Below, in pieces: positions 1-8,895 of a DNA stretch of 64,000 bases. The DNA is from an uncultured Collinsella sp. (lineage in GTDB: Bacteria > Actinomycetota > Coriobacteriia > Coriobacteriales > Coriobacteriaceae). Location of the stretch: NCBI GenBank assembly GCA_900541855.1, contig UQLD01000001.1, positions 38,052-102,051 of the forward strand, given 5' to 3'. The translations under genes were made by a program, and so were the position numbers. The notes beneath the pieces were generated by a model. It was not told where the DNA came from and made no database searches. It saw nothing but the letters and a program-made list of their open reading frames with translations. Each line of letters opens with the position of its first letter. Position 1 is the first letter of the stretch.

Positions 1-786
1 GGTGCCGCGACCCAGGAAGCGAGCGTCCTCAAAGTGCTCGGGGTTGTACTTGGGGTCGAGCATCTTGACGAGGCCCTTGATGTCGGTCGACTCGTCGCAG
101 CCGTTGTTGTTGAGGGCGCGGACGTCGGCGATGATGTCGGCCATCTTGTAAATGGCGTTGTCACCGCGGTCGGGAGCGGAGCCGTGGCAGGAGGTGCCGT
201 GAACGTCGACGCGGATCTCCATGCGGCCGCGGTGACCGCGATAGATGCCGCCGTCGGTGGGCTCGGTGGAAATGACGAACTCGGGCTTAATGCCGTCCTT
301 GTTGTAGATGTACTGCCAGCACATGCCGTCGCAGTCCTCTTCCTGGACGGTGCCGACGACCATGATCTTGTAGCCCTCGGGGATGAGGCCCATGTCCTTC
401 ATCATCTTGGCAGCGTAGGTAGCAGAAGCCATGCCACCCTCCTGGTCGGAGCCGCCGCGGCCGTAGATGATCTCGTCGGTCTCGTAACCCTCATAGGGAT
501 CGGCATCCCAGTTATCGATGTTGCCGATGCCGACGGTGTCGATGTGAGAGTCGATGGCGATAATCTTGTCGCCCTCGCCCATAAAGCCCATAACGTTGCC
601 CAGGCCGTCGACCTTGACCTCGTCATAACCAAGGCTCTCCATCTCGGCCTTGATGCAAGCGACAACCTCACCCTCCTCGCAGGACTCAGAGGGATGGCTG
701 ATCATAGCGCGCAGGAAGCGAGTCATATCAGCACGATGGGACTCAGCAGCAGCCTTGATAGCGTCGAAATCGAGTTCTTTAGCCAT
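1..786 (-). CDS. M20 family metallo-hydrolase, YgeY-like (putative selenium-metabolism hydrolase); 3' end beyond window
   Basis: Reverse-complement translation gives [42 protein letters not shown]...HIDTVGIGN...[21 protein letters not shown]. This is the ArgE/DapE/YgeY M20 fold. ATG at 784-786 on the minus strand. The ORF runs off the window edge so it is not in the track. Sits beside dpaL as in the ygeW-X-Y clusters. Confidence 0.8.
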   Translation of the reverse strand, partial: MAKELDFDAIKAAAESHRADMTRFLRAMISHPSESCEEGEVVACIKAEMESLGYDEVKVDGLGNVMGFMGEGDKIIAIDSHIDTVGIGNIDNWDADPYEGYETDEIIYGRGGSDQEGGMASATYAAKMMKDMGLIPEGYKIMVVGTVQEEDCDGMCWQYIYNKDGIKPEFVISTEPTDGGIYRGHRGRMEIRVDVHGTSCHGSAPDRGDNAIYKMADIIADVRALNNNGCDESTDIKGLVKMLDPKYNPEHFEDARFLGRGT

Positions 787-890
787 AACAGTCAACCTTT
801 CTACAAGGGTTTACCTACAGGTAGATATTTCAGATAGATCACTTGTGCCAAGTAGCGTGAGGTCGAGCACCCCACAAGCAAGTGGACGTA

Positions 891-1009
891 GGGTGGCGGA
901 GCATATGTTTGCTCCGTCGCGAGTTCCGCACGCAAAGGAAAGCACTTAATGTGCTTTCCGTCTTGCGCAGGACTGTTCGAGCAGGGAGCAAACATATGCT
1001 CCGCCACCC
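891..1009. repeat. Nested perfect-palindrome element, copy 1 (inverted orientation): 25-bp arms GGGTGGCGGAGCATATGTTTGCTCC around a ~60-bp conserved core
   Basis: Arms 891-915 and 984-1009 are exact reverse complements. The core (GTCGCGAGTTCCGCACGCAAAGGAAAGCACTTAATGTGCTTTCCGTCTTGCGCAGGACTG) is the reverse complement of the core at 31.98, 49.26 and 60.26 kb. Confidence 0.85.
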
Positions 1010-1025
1010 GGACAGGTCAGGCCTG

Positions 1026-2240
1026 CTAGCAGGTGGGGTACTCGCCCTCCCAGACGATGCGACGGTACTGATCCGGATCCGTGTCGCCCTCGGTGGAGAA
1101 GCAGAGCACGGAGCTCGTCTTATCCAGGCCGATGAGCTCCTTGAGCTCGGCGTACTCGGGATCGAGCATGAGGGTCTCGACCAGGCCGGTGGTCACAGCG
1201 CCGGACTCGCCGGAGATGACGCGCGGGTCGCCCTTCTCGGGGGCGCCCAGGGTGCGCATGCCGCGAGCGGTGACCCAGTCGGGGCAGGACACGAAGGCGG
1301 TGGTGTGGTTGCGCAGAATATCCCAGCCCAGGATGTTGGGCTCGCCGCAGCACAGGCCGGCCATGATGGAGGGCATGTCGCCGTCCACGATGCGCGGGTC
1401 GCCGTCGCCGGCGACAGCGCCCTTGTACAGGCAGGCGGCCGGAGCGCACTCGACCACAACGAAGGTGGGCGGGTTATCGGGATACAGGTTGGTGAAGTAG
1501 CCCACCACGGCGCCGGCCAGCGAGCCCACGCCAGCCTGGACAAAGACGTGTGTCGGGCGGTTGATGGCCATCTCGCGCAGCTGCTCGGCAGCCTCGGAAG
1601 CCATGGTGCCGTAGCCCTCCATGATCCAGGACGGGATCTTCTCGTAGCCCTCCCAGGCGGTGTCCTGAACGATGACGCCGCGCTCGCAGGCATCGGCCTC
1701 GGCGGCGGCCATGCGCACGCACTCGTCGTAGTTGACCTCTTCGATGGTCACCGTGGCGCCCTCGGCGGCGATGTTATCGAAGCGGGGCTTGGTGGAACCC
1801 TTGGGCATGTGCACGACGGCCTTCTGGCCCAGCTTGTTGGCAGCCCATGCCACGCCGCGGCCATGGTTGCCGTCGGTGGCGGTAAAGAAGGTAGCCTGGC
1901 CAAAATCCTTGGCAAGCTGATCGGAGGTCAGGTAATCGAAGGTGCACTCGGCAACGTCCTTGCCGGTCTCGTCGGCAATGTAGTTGGCCATGGCAAACGA
2001 ACCGCCCAGAACCTTAAAGGCGTTGAGGCCAAAGCGATAGCTCTCGTCCTTAACGCACAGGTTGGACAGGCCCAGGCGCGCGGCCTGGCCATCCAGGCGG
2101 GCAAGCGGAGTGACGGTGTACTGGGGGAACGACTGGTGGAAGGCGCGGGCCTTCTTCACGTGGTCGAGGCTCATGATTCCCAAGTGCTTGTCATCGCTCT
2201 TGGGCATCGTGTTGCCCGCCCACTGGATCTTATCGGCCAT
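1026..2240 (-). CDS. dpaL: diaminopropionate ammonia-lyase (PLP-dependent, YgeX/DpaL-like)
   Basis: 404 aa, PLP fold-type II. Product type, length and the YgeY/SsnA/YgfK neighbourhood fit the known SDMH cluster composition. Confidence 0.8.
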   Translation of the reverse strand: MADKIQWAGNTMPKSDDKHLGIMSLDHVKKARAFHQSFPQYTVTPLARLDGQAARLGLSNLCVKDESYRFGLNAFKVLGGSFAMANYIADETGKDVAECTFDYLTSDQLAKDFGQATFFTATDGNHGRGVAWAANKLGQKAVVHMPKGSTKPRFDNIAAEGATVTIEEVNYDECVRMAAAEADACERGVIVQDTAWEGYEKIPSWIMEGYGTMASEAAEQLREMAINRPTHVFVQAGVGSLAGAVVGYFTNLYPDNPPTFVVVECAPAACLYKGAVAGDGDPRIVDGDMPSIMAGLCCGEPNILGWDILRNHTTAFVSCPDWVTARGMRTLGAPEKGDPRVISGESGAVTTGLVETLMLDPEYAELKELIGLDKTSSVLCFSTEGDTDPDQYRRIVWEGEYPTC

Positions 2241-2332
2241 ACGGTGAACTCCTTAAGTCCTCTCTTGCCGGCCCCCGCATACGCGTTTCAGCCCATTCCC
2301 ATTCATGCGACTGAACTTTTATGTGGATGCCA

Positions 2333-2398
2333 AACAAAAAGTTTGTTAGCACTGTTCTATCACACTTTTTGATTGGAAAACCTAACAAATTGTTTGTT
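2333..2398. promoter_or_regulatory. Pair of 6-3-6 palindromes AACAAA-N3-TTTGTT (2333-2347 and 2384-2398, centres 51 bp apart) in the dpaL/yheO-like divergent promoter; candidate operator pair
   Basis: Two near-identical dyad sites in a 277-bp divergent intergenic region, spaced about 5 helical turns. Confidence 0.45.
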
Positions 2399-2517
2399 GC
2401 CGTAATCGGTACCTTTTCGCCGCCGAACGGTCACATAGCGCAGCGGCGCTTTCGTTATTTGCGAACAGGTGTGGTTTATGGCAAAGTGTGCCCAAACTAA
2501 TTTTTAGGAAGGCACCC

Positions 2518-3171
2518 ATGACCCCCGCACAGATTGAGTTTTACAAGCGCCTTGCACACGGCCTGGCGCTCCAGTTTGGCCCCAACTGCGAAGTCGTCGT
2601 CCACGACCTGGAGACCGAGGACGTGGACCACTCCATCGTAGTGATCGAAAACGGCCACGTCAGCGGGCGCAAACTGGGTGACGGCCCCAGCCATATTGTG
2701 TTTGAGTCCATGCGCGAGGGCACCACCGACGTGCACGACCGCGAGCCATACCTCACCAAAACCACCGACGGCAAGCTGCTCAAGTCCTCGACGATCTTTA
2801 TCCGCAACGATGAGGGCAAACCCGTCGGCATTTTGGGCATCAACTTTGACATTACGCTCATGAAGGCATTTGAGCGCTCGCTCGATGCCTTTACCGGCAC
2901 CGGCAGCACGGGCTACACCGAGCCCGAGCCCATTACCAAAAACATCGGCGATCTGCTCGAAGACCTGCTGCGCGAGTGCGAACAGTTTGTGGGCAAGCCC
3001 GCGGCGCTCATGACCAAAGACGAGCGCATCCGCGCCATTGGCTACCTCGACCGTCGCGGCGCCTTCCTCATCTCCAAGTCGAGCGAACGCGCCTGCGAGT
3101 TCTTTGGCATCTCTAAGTACAGCTTCTATAGCTACCTCAACGAGGCAAAGGCTGCCGCCGGCGACAAATAG
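2518..3171 (+). CDS. YheO/DauR-like PAS-domain transcriptional regulator (paralog 1)
   Basis: RBS AGGAAGG 7 nt before ATG 2518. A paralog is at 19049-19705. YheO-like regulators are found beside selenium-dependent hydroxylase clusters. Confidence 0.7.
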   Translation: MTPAQIEFYKRLAHGLALQFGPNCEVVVHDLETEDVDHSIVVIENGHVSGRKLGDGPSHIVFESMREGTTDVHDREPYLTKTTDGKLLKSSTIFIRNDEGKPVGILGINFDITLMKAFERSLDAFTGTGSTGYTEPEPITKNIGDLLEDLLRECEQFVGKPAALMTKDERIRAIGYLDRRGAFLISKSSERACEFFGISKYSFYSYLNEAKAAAGDK

Positions 3172-3293
3172 TCAGCGCGCCTGCACCTCTCCCCTTTTGG
3201 GCGCGAGTTCTGGAATGCACGAATCCGAGAGTCGGCCGCAAGGCAAGTTCCATATAATCGATGGATGTGAGTATTTCGAAAGGATGGAACAAG

Positions 3294-4298
3294 ATGGGGT
3301 CGAGCAACGCATCACGCAACGGCCGCGGAGGCACCGCTCCTGGCGCCAGGCATGCGAAACACGCGTTTGACGAGGGCGAAGAGGGCCTTTTTGCGCTGAG
3401 CCTCGACGACGTGATGAGCGACCGCCCCTGGACCGCCGAGGAACTCATGGGCGGCGGGGTTCACCCGACAAGCGCAAAGCCCGCACCTTCCGCCATGCCC
3501 GCGCCGGCATCCATGCCCGCGGACGACTTTGCTACCCGTCCCATCGCGCAGACGACGCGCAAAGCCGCCCCTGCACCCCGTCCTGCTAGCGATCCGTCCG
3601 AGACGGCGGCGTTTCTCGCTGCAGCGGCACAGCGCCATGCGCCCAGCAGCACACCCGCGTATGCCGCCCCGCAGCAGCCGACATACGCGGCTCCCGAACC
3701 CCAGCCCGAACCAGAACTCGAGCCGCCCGTTATGGATCTGGACGACCTCGCCAACCGCCAGTTTGCCTTCGATTCATGGGCCGCGGCCGACTTGGACGAG
3801 ACCTCGGCCGGCATGCCGGCGCTCGATATTCCGGTAAACCCCCTGTTTGCGGCTGCCGAGGAACGCAACTCCGCATACGACAACACCGCAGCATACGACA
3901 ACCGCCCGAGCGAACAACCTCGCGCCGGCCGCATCGAAACCGAGGATTACGGCCAAACGTCGAGGGGCTATTCTCGCGACCCGTTTGCCGCCACGCCCGC
4001 TCCCGATTACAACCAAGCGAGCGTAAAGGCAGCTTCGGCATCGTCGTATACCCACGGCGCCGACGATAAGCGCGCTGCCAATTACCACACCGAAGAAGAA
4101 CCGCCGCGCTTTTCGGAGTTTTCGCAGGCGGCAAAGGTTGTCTTTATCGCCCTCATCATCGCTCTGCTCGGCGTGATCGCGTTTGAGGGATTCCAGCTGT
4201 TCCGCGGCCCCACTGCGTCCGAATCGGCAACGCAGCAAAAAGAGGACGACAACCAGTACCTGGACATCACCACCCTCAAGGGCGACCCCAACAGCTAG
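3294..4298 (+). CDS. hypothetical Pro/Ala-rich low-complexity protein with a single C-terminal transmembrane helix
   Basis: RBS AAAGGA 10 nt before ATG 3294. Long disordered P/A/E-rich region, then VVFIALIIALLGVIAFEGFQLF near the C-terminus. Confidence 0.55.
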   Translation: MGSSNASRNGRGGTAPGARHAKHAFDEGEEGLFALSLDDVMSDRPWTAEELMGGGVHPTSAKPAPSAMPAPASMPADDFATRPIAQTTRKAAPAPRPASDPSETAAFLAAAAQRHAPSSTPAYAAPQQPTYAAPEPQPEPELEPPVMDLDDLANRQFAFDSWAAADLDETSAGMPALDIPVNPLFAAAEERNSAYDNTAAYDNRPSEQPRAGRIETEDYGQTSRGYSRDPFAATPAPDYNQASVKAASASSYTHGADDKRAANYHTEEEPPRFSEFSQAAKVVFIALIIALLGVIAFEGFQLFRGPTASESATQQKEDDNQYLDITTLKGDPNS

Positions 4299-4342
4299 GT
4301 TGGAACATAAGCTATGCCGCACCCCTGTTTACGTGCGGTTTT

Positions 4343-4474
4343 ACACTTTTCCGTGATTTCCACGCGCCCATTTCGACACTTTTCCGTAATTTGGGCGGCT
4401 CGAATTTGACACTTTTCCGTACTCTCATACGGCTGATTTCGACACTTTTCCGGATGTTTGCCGAATAAATGCCG
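4343..4474 (+). repeat. Iteron-like array: 4 direct repeats at exactly 33-bp phasing (4343, 4376, 4409, 4442), conserved ACACTTTTCCGT...ATTTCG
   Basis: Units: ACACTTTTCCGTGATTTCCACGCGCCCATTTCG / ACACTTTTCCGTAATTTGGGCGGCTCGAATTTG / ACACTTTTCCGTACTCTCATACGGCTGATTTCG / ACACTTTTCCGGATGTTTGCCGAATAAATGCCG. Conserved 12-nt head and ATTTCG tail with variable middles. Confidence 0.85.
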
Positions 4475-4479
4475 CGTAA

Positions 4480-4545
4480 TCAAGCGCCGTCTGCACATCA
4501 TTTCGCAGGCGGCGCTTGATTTCTGTCCGCGCGCGCTGATAGACT
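4480..4545 (+). promoter_or_regulatory. 10-bp perfect inverted repeat (TCAAGCGCCG-N20-CGGCGCTTGA) overlapping a sigma70-like promoter (TTGATT-17-TAGACT) upstream of ORF 4671
   Basis: IR 4480-4489 / 4510-4519. -35 at 4517-4522 and -10 at 4540-4545 by consensus match only. Confidence 0.4.
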
Positions 4546-4670
4546 CCATCGTGCCCGCAAGGAGTGGGCGCGTTTTATCCAGAGTCGGGGTAGAGAGTTG
4601 GCTCCAAGATCCCGACGCCAACCGGCCAAGAGGCACGGTGGCCCTGCCGACATCGATGAAAGGAGTCCGT

Positions 4671-5093
4671 ATGGACAATTTCTCCGTGCGCAACGAGCGC
4701 AACTTCCACAATCTGGCAGCCAAGCCAAAACGAATGCATCTTCTGGACAAGCCGAACGGCTACGCCTCGGCCATGGTCAAGAGCAGCCTCTCCCACCAGA
4801 TGCGCTTTACGGTACAAAAGCTCGAGGAAGAGCTCTGCGTTGCCGACAATCCGCACGTACTGCAGATCAAGTTGCTCGGAGATGACTCGCGCGAGCCGTC
4901 GAGTTGGAAGCTGTTTGCAGACGGCACGTGCATCGCGGACGGCTCGGGTGACTTTGCCCGCAAGTGTTTCTACGAGGGCGCCGAGGTGTTCCTGGATCTG
5001 TGTCGCGATGCCGTCAACGCCGCCGATCTGCGCCAGTGGAACCAAAGGGAGTACGAGCTGCTGAGTGCCGCGCGCGGGATTGCGGGGGCGTAG
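4671..5093 (+). CDS. hypothetical protein (141 aa), no recognisable family
   Basis: Strong RBS AAAGGAG 6 nt upstream of ATG 4671. The track ORF 4458-5093 extends upstream, but the first 70 codons lack an RBS and overlap the promoter/IR. Confidence 0.5.
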   Translation: MDNFSVRNERNFHNLAAKPKRMHLLDKPNGYASAMVKSSLSHQMRFTVQKLEEELCVADNPHVLQIKLLGDDSREPSSWKLFADGTCIADGSGDFARKCFYEGAEVFLDLCRDAVNAADLRQWNQREYELLSAARGIAGA

Positions 5094-5203
5094 GCAGACA
5101 GACCAGACAGCTCGTCATACTGGTTGACGCTTCGATTCAAACAGCAGGGCGAAGTCGCGCTTACAGTCCCGCCATGCCAAACCGAATGGCGTTCTCAAAA
5201 GGC

Positions 5204-5937
5204 CTACCTCCCCTCCGCCTTCAGCTTCAGCAGCAGATCGCTCAGCTCGGGGCACTTGCTGGAAAGGCGCGTCTGGGGTCGCTCGGCCATCCCCCATCGC
5301 TGGCGGATCTCCTGGGCGCGCGGGCTCACGCGATAGTCCCCGTCCATCATCTGCCTGAGCAACTTTGCGGTCACGCGCGCATCGGCCAGGGCGCTGTGGG
5401 CGTGGCCCGTCGACTCGTCAAACTCGATGCCAAACCACGTTGCCGCGTCGCCCAACGAGACGCACCCGTGGCTGCCCACGTCCATAATCGAGGTGTAAAA
5501 CGCCTGCAGGTCGGCCCAGTCCGTAGGAAATGCGGAAAGGTCGATGTGCTTTGCCTGGCACTCGGTCAAAAGCTGTCGACGGTCCGTCCCGCTCCAACAG
5601 ACCACTTGGGCGGAGTAGCGACCGATCCAATCGCTGAGCCTTTTGATCACCACGTAGAGCGGATCGGCCATCGCGGTATCCACCGCCGATATCCCCGTGA
5701 GCTCGCGGACGGGAAACGCAATGCCTTCGGTAAATTCCGTCTGCACAAACTGCGAGAACTCGCCCATAACGTTGCCGTGGTAATCGAGCTTGACGGCGCC
5801 GACCTCGATGATCTCATTGCGCAGCCCACGGCGCTGGCGTTGCTTTGGCACCGGCGCAAACTCAAAGTCCAGCACAATCTGGCGCGCAAAGTTCGTCGTA
5901 TCGCTAGCCGAGATACACGGCGTCTTTTCAGCTGACA
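5204..5937 (-). CDS. DnaQ-like (DEDDh) 3'-5' exonuclease domain protein, orphan
   Basis: Motifs EIIEVGAVKLD (Exo I), WSGTDRRQL, HSALADARVTAKLL (Exo III with catalytic H). GTG start at 5937 preceded by GGAGAAAGG. The track ORF starts earlier at 6052. Confidence 0.7.
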
Positions 5938-6394
5938 CGGTTAGGGCCTTTCTCCGTTGCCTGCCGCTTGCTACATAGGCGGCTACATTGCCGTAAGGAT
6001 AGGCGCCCGTGCGGACATGAAAGCGGGGCGCAATACCATGCGTCAAGCACACGCCATGCAGACGGCCCCAAGAGAGTCGCCCACTCTATTCAAATGCATG
6101 AAAAAGATTGAGGCCCGGTGACTTGAATCAGAGGTCATCCCGGGCCCATCAGAGCTCGTAGAGCTCTTGGTTGCTTTGGTCTCGCTCTTCACGGCGCTTA
6201 TCGAACTTTCCGAGGCACTCAAGCAGCATTCGAAGCATAACAAGTCGCTGCCATTAAGGCATTGACCTCTTGACCAAGCAACGGCGCTGCCCAGCTCTTC
6301 ACCACTTGGGCTGCCGTCAACTTTATTCTATCCGCGAGCATCTGGTTTACCAAATGGATTTTCGGTAAAGGAAGCCCGACGCCCCGCAAAACCA

Positions 6395-7021
6395 CTACGC
6401 CCCAAGTGCCGCCATGGGGATCACCGCCACGCCGTCGTCGCGTGTGTAGGCAATGCTCCCCTTTCCAACCACGACCGCCAAAAACGTCGGCGCGGCATTC
6501 TGGGCGGCAGGATTGGAGAGCACTTTCCTCTCCAGCGCCTTGAGATTTCTCGCTCCATCGTCTGCTTTCGCATCACTCAGCTTGACCTCGATGGCTCCCC
6601 AGCGCCCGTCGTGCTCAACGATCAGATCGACCTCAAGGCCCTTCTCATCTCGGAAATAATGGACACTGTTATCGACACCGCCATAGGTGGAAAGAAACAC
6701 GCGCACGTCGCGCAGAACGAGGTTCTCAAAGAGCATCCCCAGCGTTTGCATATCGCCAAGCAGCCGCTCAGGGGTAGCCCCCAGAAACGCCGCCGCAAGT
6801 GACGGGTCGCAGAAGTAGCGCTTGGGGCGCACGCGAACGCGGGTCCTCGAGCGCATGGGCGGCTCCCATCCGCACAGGTCCTCGGTCAGCTTGAGTCTCT
6901 TGAAGAGATCCAGGTGCGCAGCGATGGTCCTCTCGTCGGGGCCCGCCTCACCGTACGAGGCGTCCTTTATGAGCGTCTTGTACGTGACAGCCTGGCTCTC
7001 GTTCATGGCAAGAGCTCGCAA
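6395..7021 (-). pseudogene. N-terminally truncated AAA+ ATPase (COG1373/DUF4143 family); only the C-terminal ~208 aa (DUF4143 region) remain
   Basis: The sequence resembles the C-terminal half of ~400-aa DUF4143 ATPases. No Walker A/B region is present upstream. Upstream DNA is instead a 23-bp repeat array. Confidence 0.55.
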
Positions 7022-7054
7022 AAGGCCGTGTGCAAGCTCGGGCGATCATGCGAT

Positions 7055-7146
7055 ATGCGAAATTACGCCATTCTCAATGCTGTTTTTACGCTACTTTCAC
7101 TGTAGTTTTTACGCCATTTTCATTGAAGGTTTTACGCTTGGCATCC
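7055..7146 (+). repeat. 4 direct repeats at exact 23-bp phasing (TTACGCYA at 7063, 7086, 7109, 7132), consensus TTTTACGCCATTTTCA
   Basis: Units: tgcgaaattacgccattctcaat / gctgtttttacgctactttcact / gtagtttttacgccattttcatt / gaaggttttacgcttggcatcct. Abuts the truncation point of the ATPase fragment. Confidence 0.8.
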
Positions 7147-7293
7147 TTAGCGCGACGCTCGCTCAACCCCTGACCACCGGATTGCCCGAATTCCGGGATG
7201 CTGCCTCCGCTCCAAACAAAAGGCCCAGCTCGCGATGAGCTGCCTCCCATTTCTTGAACATTAGAAATGGGAGGCTTTCCGCCCCATGCCTCT

Positions 7294-7545
7294 ATCGGAA
7301 ACGGCATCCCGTCCTGAGCATCGAATCCGGGACGTAGTTTCCGCATGCGGCTTCGTTAGGAAAGCATGTTCCACTCTGAGCGCTCATTCCGGGGTGCAAT
7401 TTCCGCCAGAGACGCCGCCGGGAAAGCACATCCCGGTTTGGAGCCGAAATCTGGGATGTAGTTTCCGCTTGAAGGGCGATCCGGAAAGCACGTCCCATTC
7501 CGAGTGGCAATTCCGGGTCACAGTTTCCGCAGATACCAGCCGACG
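7294..7545 (+). repeat. Tandem array A: ~4 degenerate 62-bp units, each an imperfect dyad (CCGGAAAGCACGTCCCATTC-GAG..-GAATTCCGGGACACAGTTTCCG)
   Basis: Same unit family as array B at 8896-9203, in the same orientation. Preceded by a 10-bp-stem hairpin at 7245-7277. Confidence 0.8.
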
Positions 7546-7825
7546 ATCCGCCGCCTTTATCACATGCCTTCAAATATGCGATCCAGAAACACAAAACAGC
7601 AGATAGATTGCTCTTTTTCGGAAAAGTAAACGTCCCTAAACTTACCAAGGCTTCATATCTAGCTACCGTTCACGGATGCCGATTACCGCCCACCGATTCA
7701 GCTTCAAAAAATGACGTCAAAACCAGGCCATCTACCTGCATGGTTAGATTTTGGTCAGCTTTTGGTCAGCTGAGCGGCAAGTTCCGGCTGATACGTTTTT
7801 GCTACCCAAAAGGAGGCGGTAGCTC

Positions 7826-8824
7826 ATGACCCATTGCAATGACCAACTCATCGACCAACTGCTCACCCAAGCCGAACAAGAGGGGCGCTGTCTGATTCCC
7901 CCGAGCGCGGCGATCCGAAAAGCGCTCCTGCGGCGCATCGGCGACATGGTCGTCTCCCCCATGCCGGGATTGTTCGCGCGCAAAATACGCTGGGATGAAC
8001 TAAACCGAGCGCAACGCCATTGCGAGATTATCCGCGCCCTTGCGATCATCCACCCCGATTGGACGTTCTGCTCGTTTTCGGCTGCCTGCCTGCTGGGGCT
8101 CGAGGTCTCGTGGCGACACCTGAATGTCGTGCATGTCTGCAGCTCGACAAAGCCGTCGGCTCGTCCGGGCGCACATATTCAGCGGCACCAGATTGAGCCG
8201 GCCGGTGCAATACGCAGAGTCGGCATATCGGTAACGCCGCCTATCCAAACGGCCACAGATTGCCTGCTGCAAACTGGTTTTGCCGACGGCATGCCCATTG
8301 CCGATTCGGCGATCTCAAAGCTCGGCCTTACGCGGGAACAGCTGATGGAGGCCGTTGAGCAACGAGCGACTGCCCGCAATGGTCGCGCAATTCGCACCGC
8401 CCTCACAACGCTTCGATATGCCGACGTCCGCGCCGAGAGCGGTGGGGAATCGGTCGCCCGAGCCGTCATGATCGAGACCGGTTTTGCGCCCGACTGGCTT
8501 CAATACGAGCTGACGGACCCCTTCGATTCGACCGAAACCATGCGAACGGACTTTGCCTGGGAGACCCAGGCGCGGGAGCTCACGTTGGGAGAACTCGACG
8601 GGCTCGTCAAATATACCGACCAGGCCATGCTAGCCGGGCGCACCACCGCCGAGGCGCTCGTTGCCGAACGACAGCGCGAGGCGCACCTATCGCTCTACGG
8701 TCACCCTCTGCTGCGCTTTACCATGAACGAGGTCCGCTCGGCAGGAATGCTCACCAAAAAGCTTCAGACGGCAGGCATCCGGCAGACCGCGCTGCCGACG
8801 TGGCTCAACGAAGTGGAGCTGTAG
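7826..8824 (+). CDS. AbiEi-antitoxin-like N-terminal domain protein (332 aa); C-terminal domain resembles restriction-endonuclease-like/DUF559 partners seen in actinobacterial homologs; no AbiEii toxin adjacent
   Basis: Strong RBS AAAAGGAGG before ATG 7826. Motif LLRRIGDMVVSPMPGLFARKI...ALAIIHPDWTFCSFSAACLLGL matches the AbiEi_4 pattern (GVY...SAAxLHGL). Family assignment is from memory. Confidence 0.5.
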   Translation: MTHCNDQLIDQLLTQAEQEGRCLIPPSAAIRKALLRRIGDMVVSPMPGLFARKIRWDELNRAQRHCEIIRALAIIHPDWTFCSFSAACLLGLEVSWRHLNVVHVCSSTKPSARPGAHIQRHQIEPAGAIRRVGISVTPPIQTATDCLLQTGFADGMPIADSAISKLGLTREQLMEAVEQRATARNGRAIRTALTTLRYADVRAESGGESVARAVMIETGFAPDWLQYELTDPFDSTETMRTDFAWETQARELTLGELDGLVKYTDQAMLAGRTTAEALVAERQREAHLSLYGHPLLRFTMNEVRSAGMLTKKLQTAGIRQTALPTWLNEVEL

Positions 8825-8895
8825 GAGCTGCTAGGCCGCGCATCGCCGGATCGCATCCCCCCTATCTGGGCCGCGTTTTCCCAACGGCCACGCCA

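Noticed and set aside
801-1007. 68-aa ORF (MAEHMFAPCSNSPAQDGKHIKCFPLRAELAT...), the similar peptide within 49199-49501, and ORFs over 60129-60394
   Set aside because: Their shared peptide is simply the translation of the conserved palindrome core, and there is no independent coding signal. Conservation is at the DNA level, including the reverse-complement copy.
4343-4474. 33-bp periodic array considered as a mini-CRISPR
   Set aside because: The conserved part (~17 bp) and the variable part (~16 bp) are far too short for repeat/spacer units. Phasing and AT-rich cores fit protein-binding iterons better.
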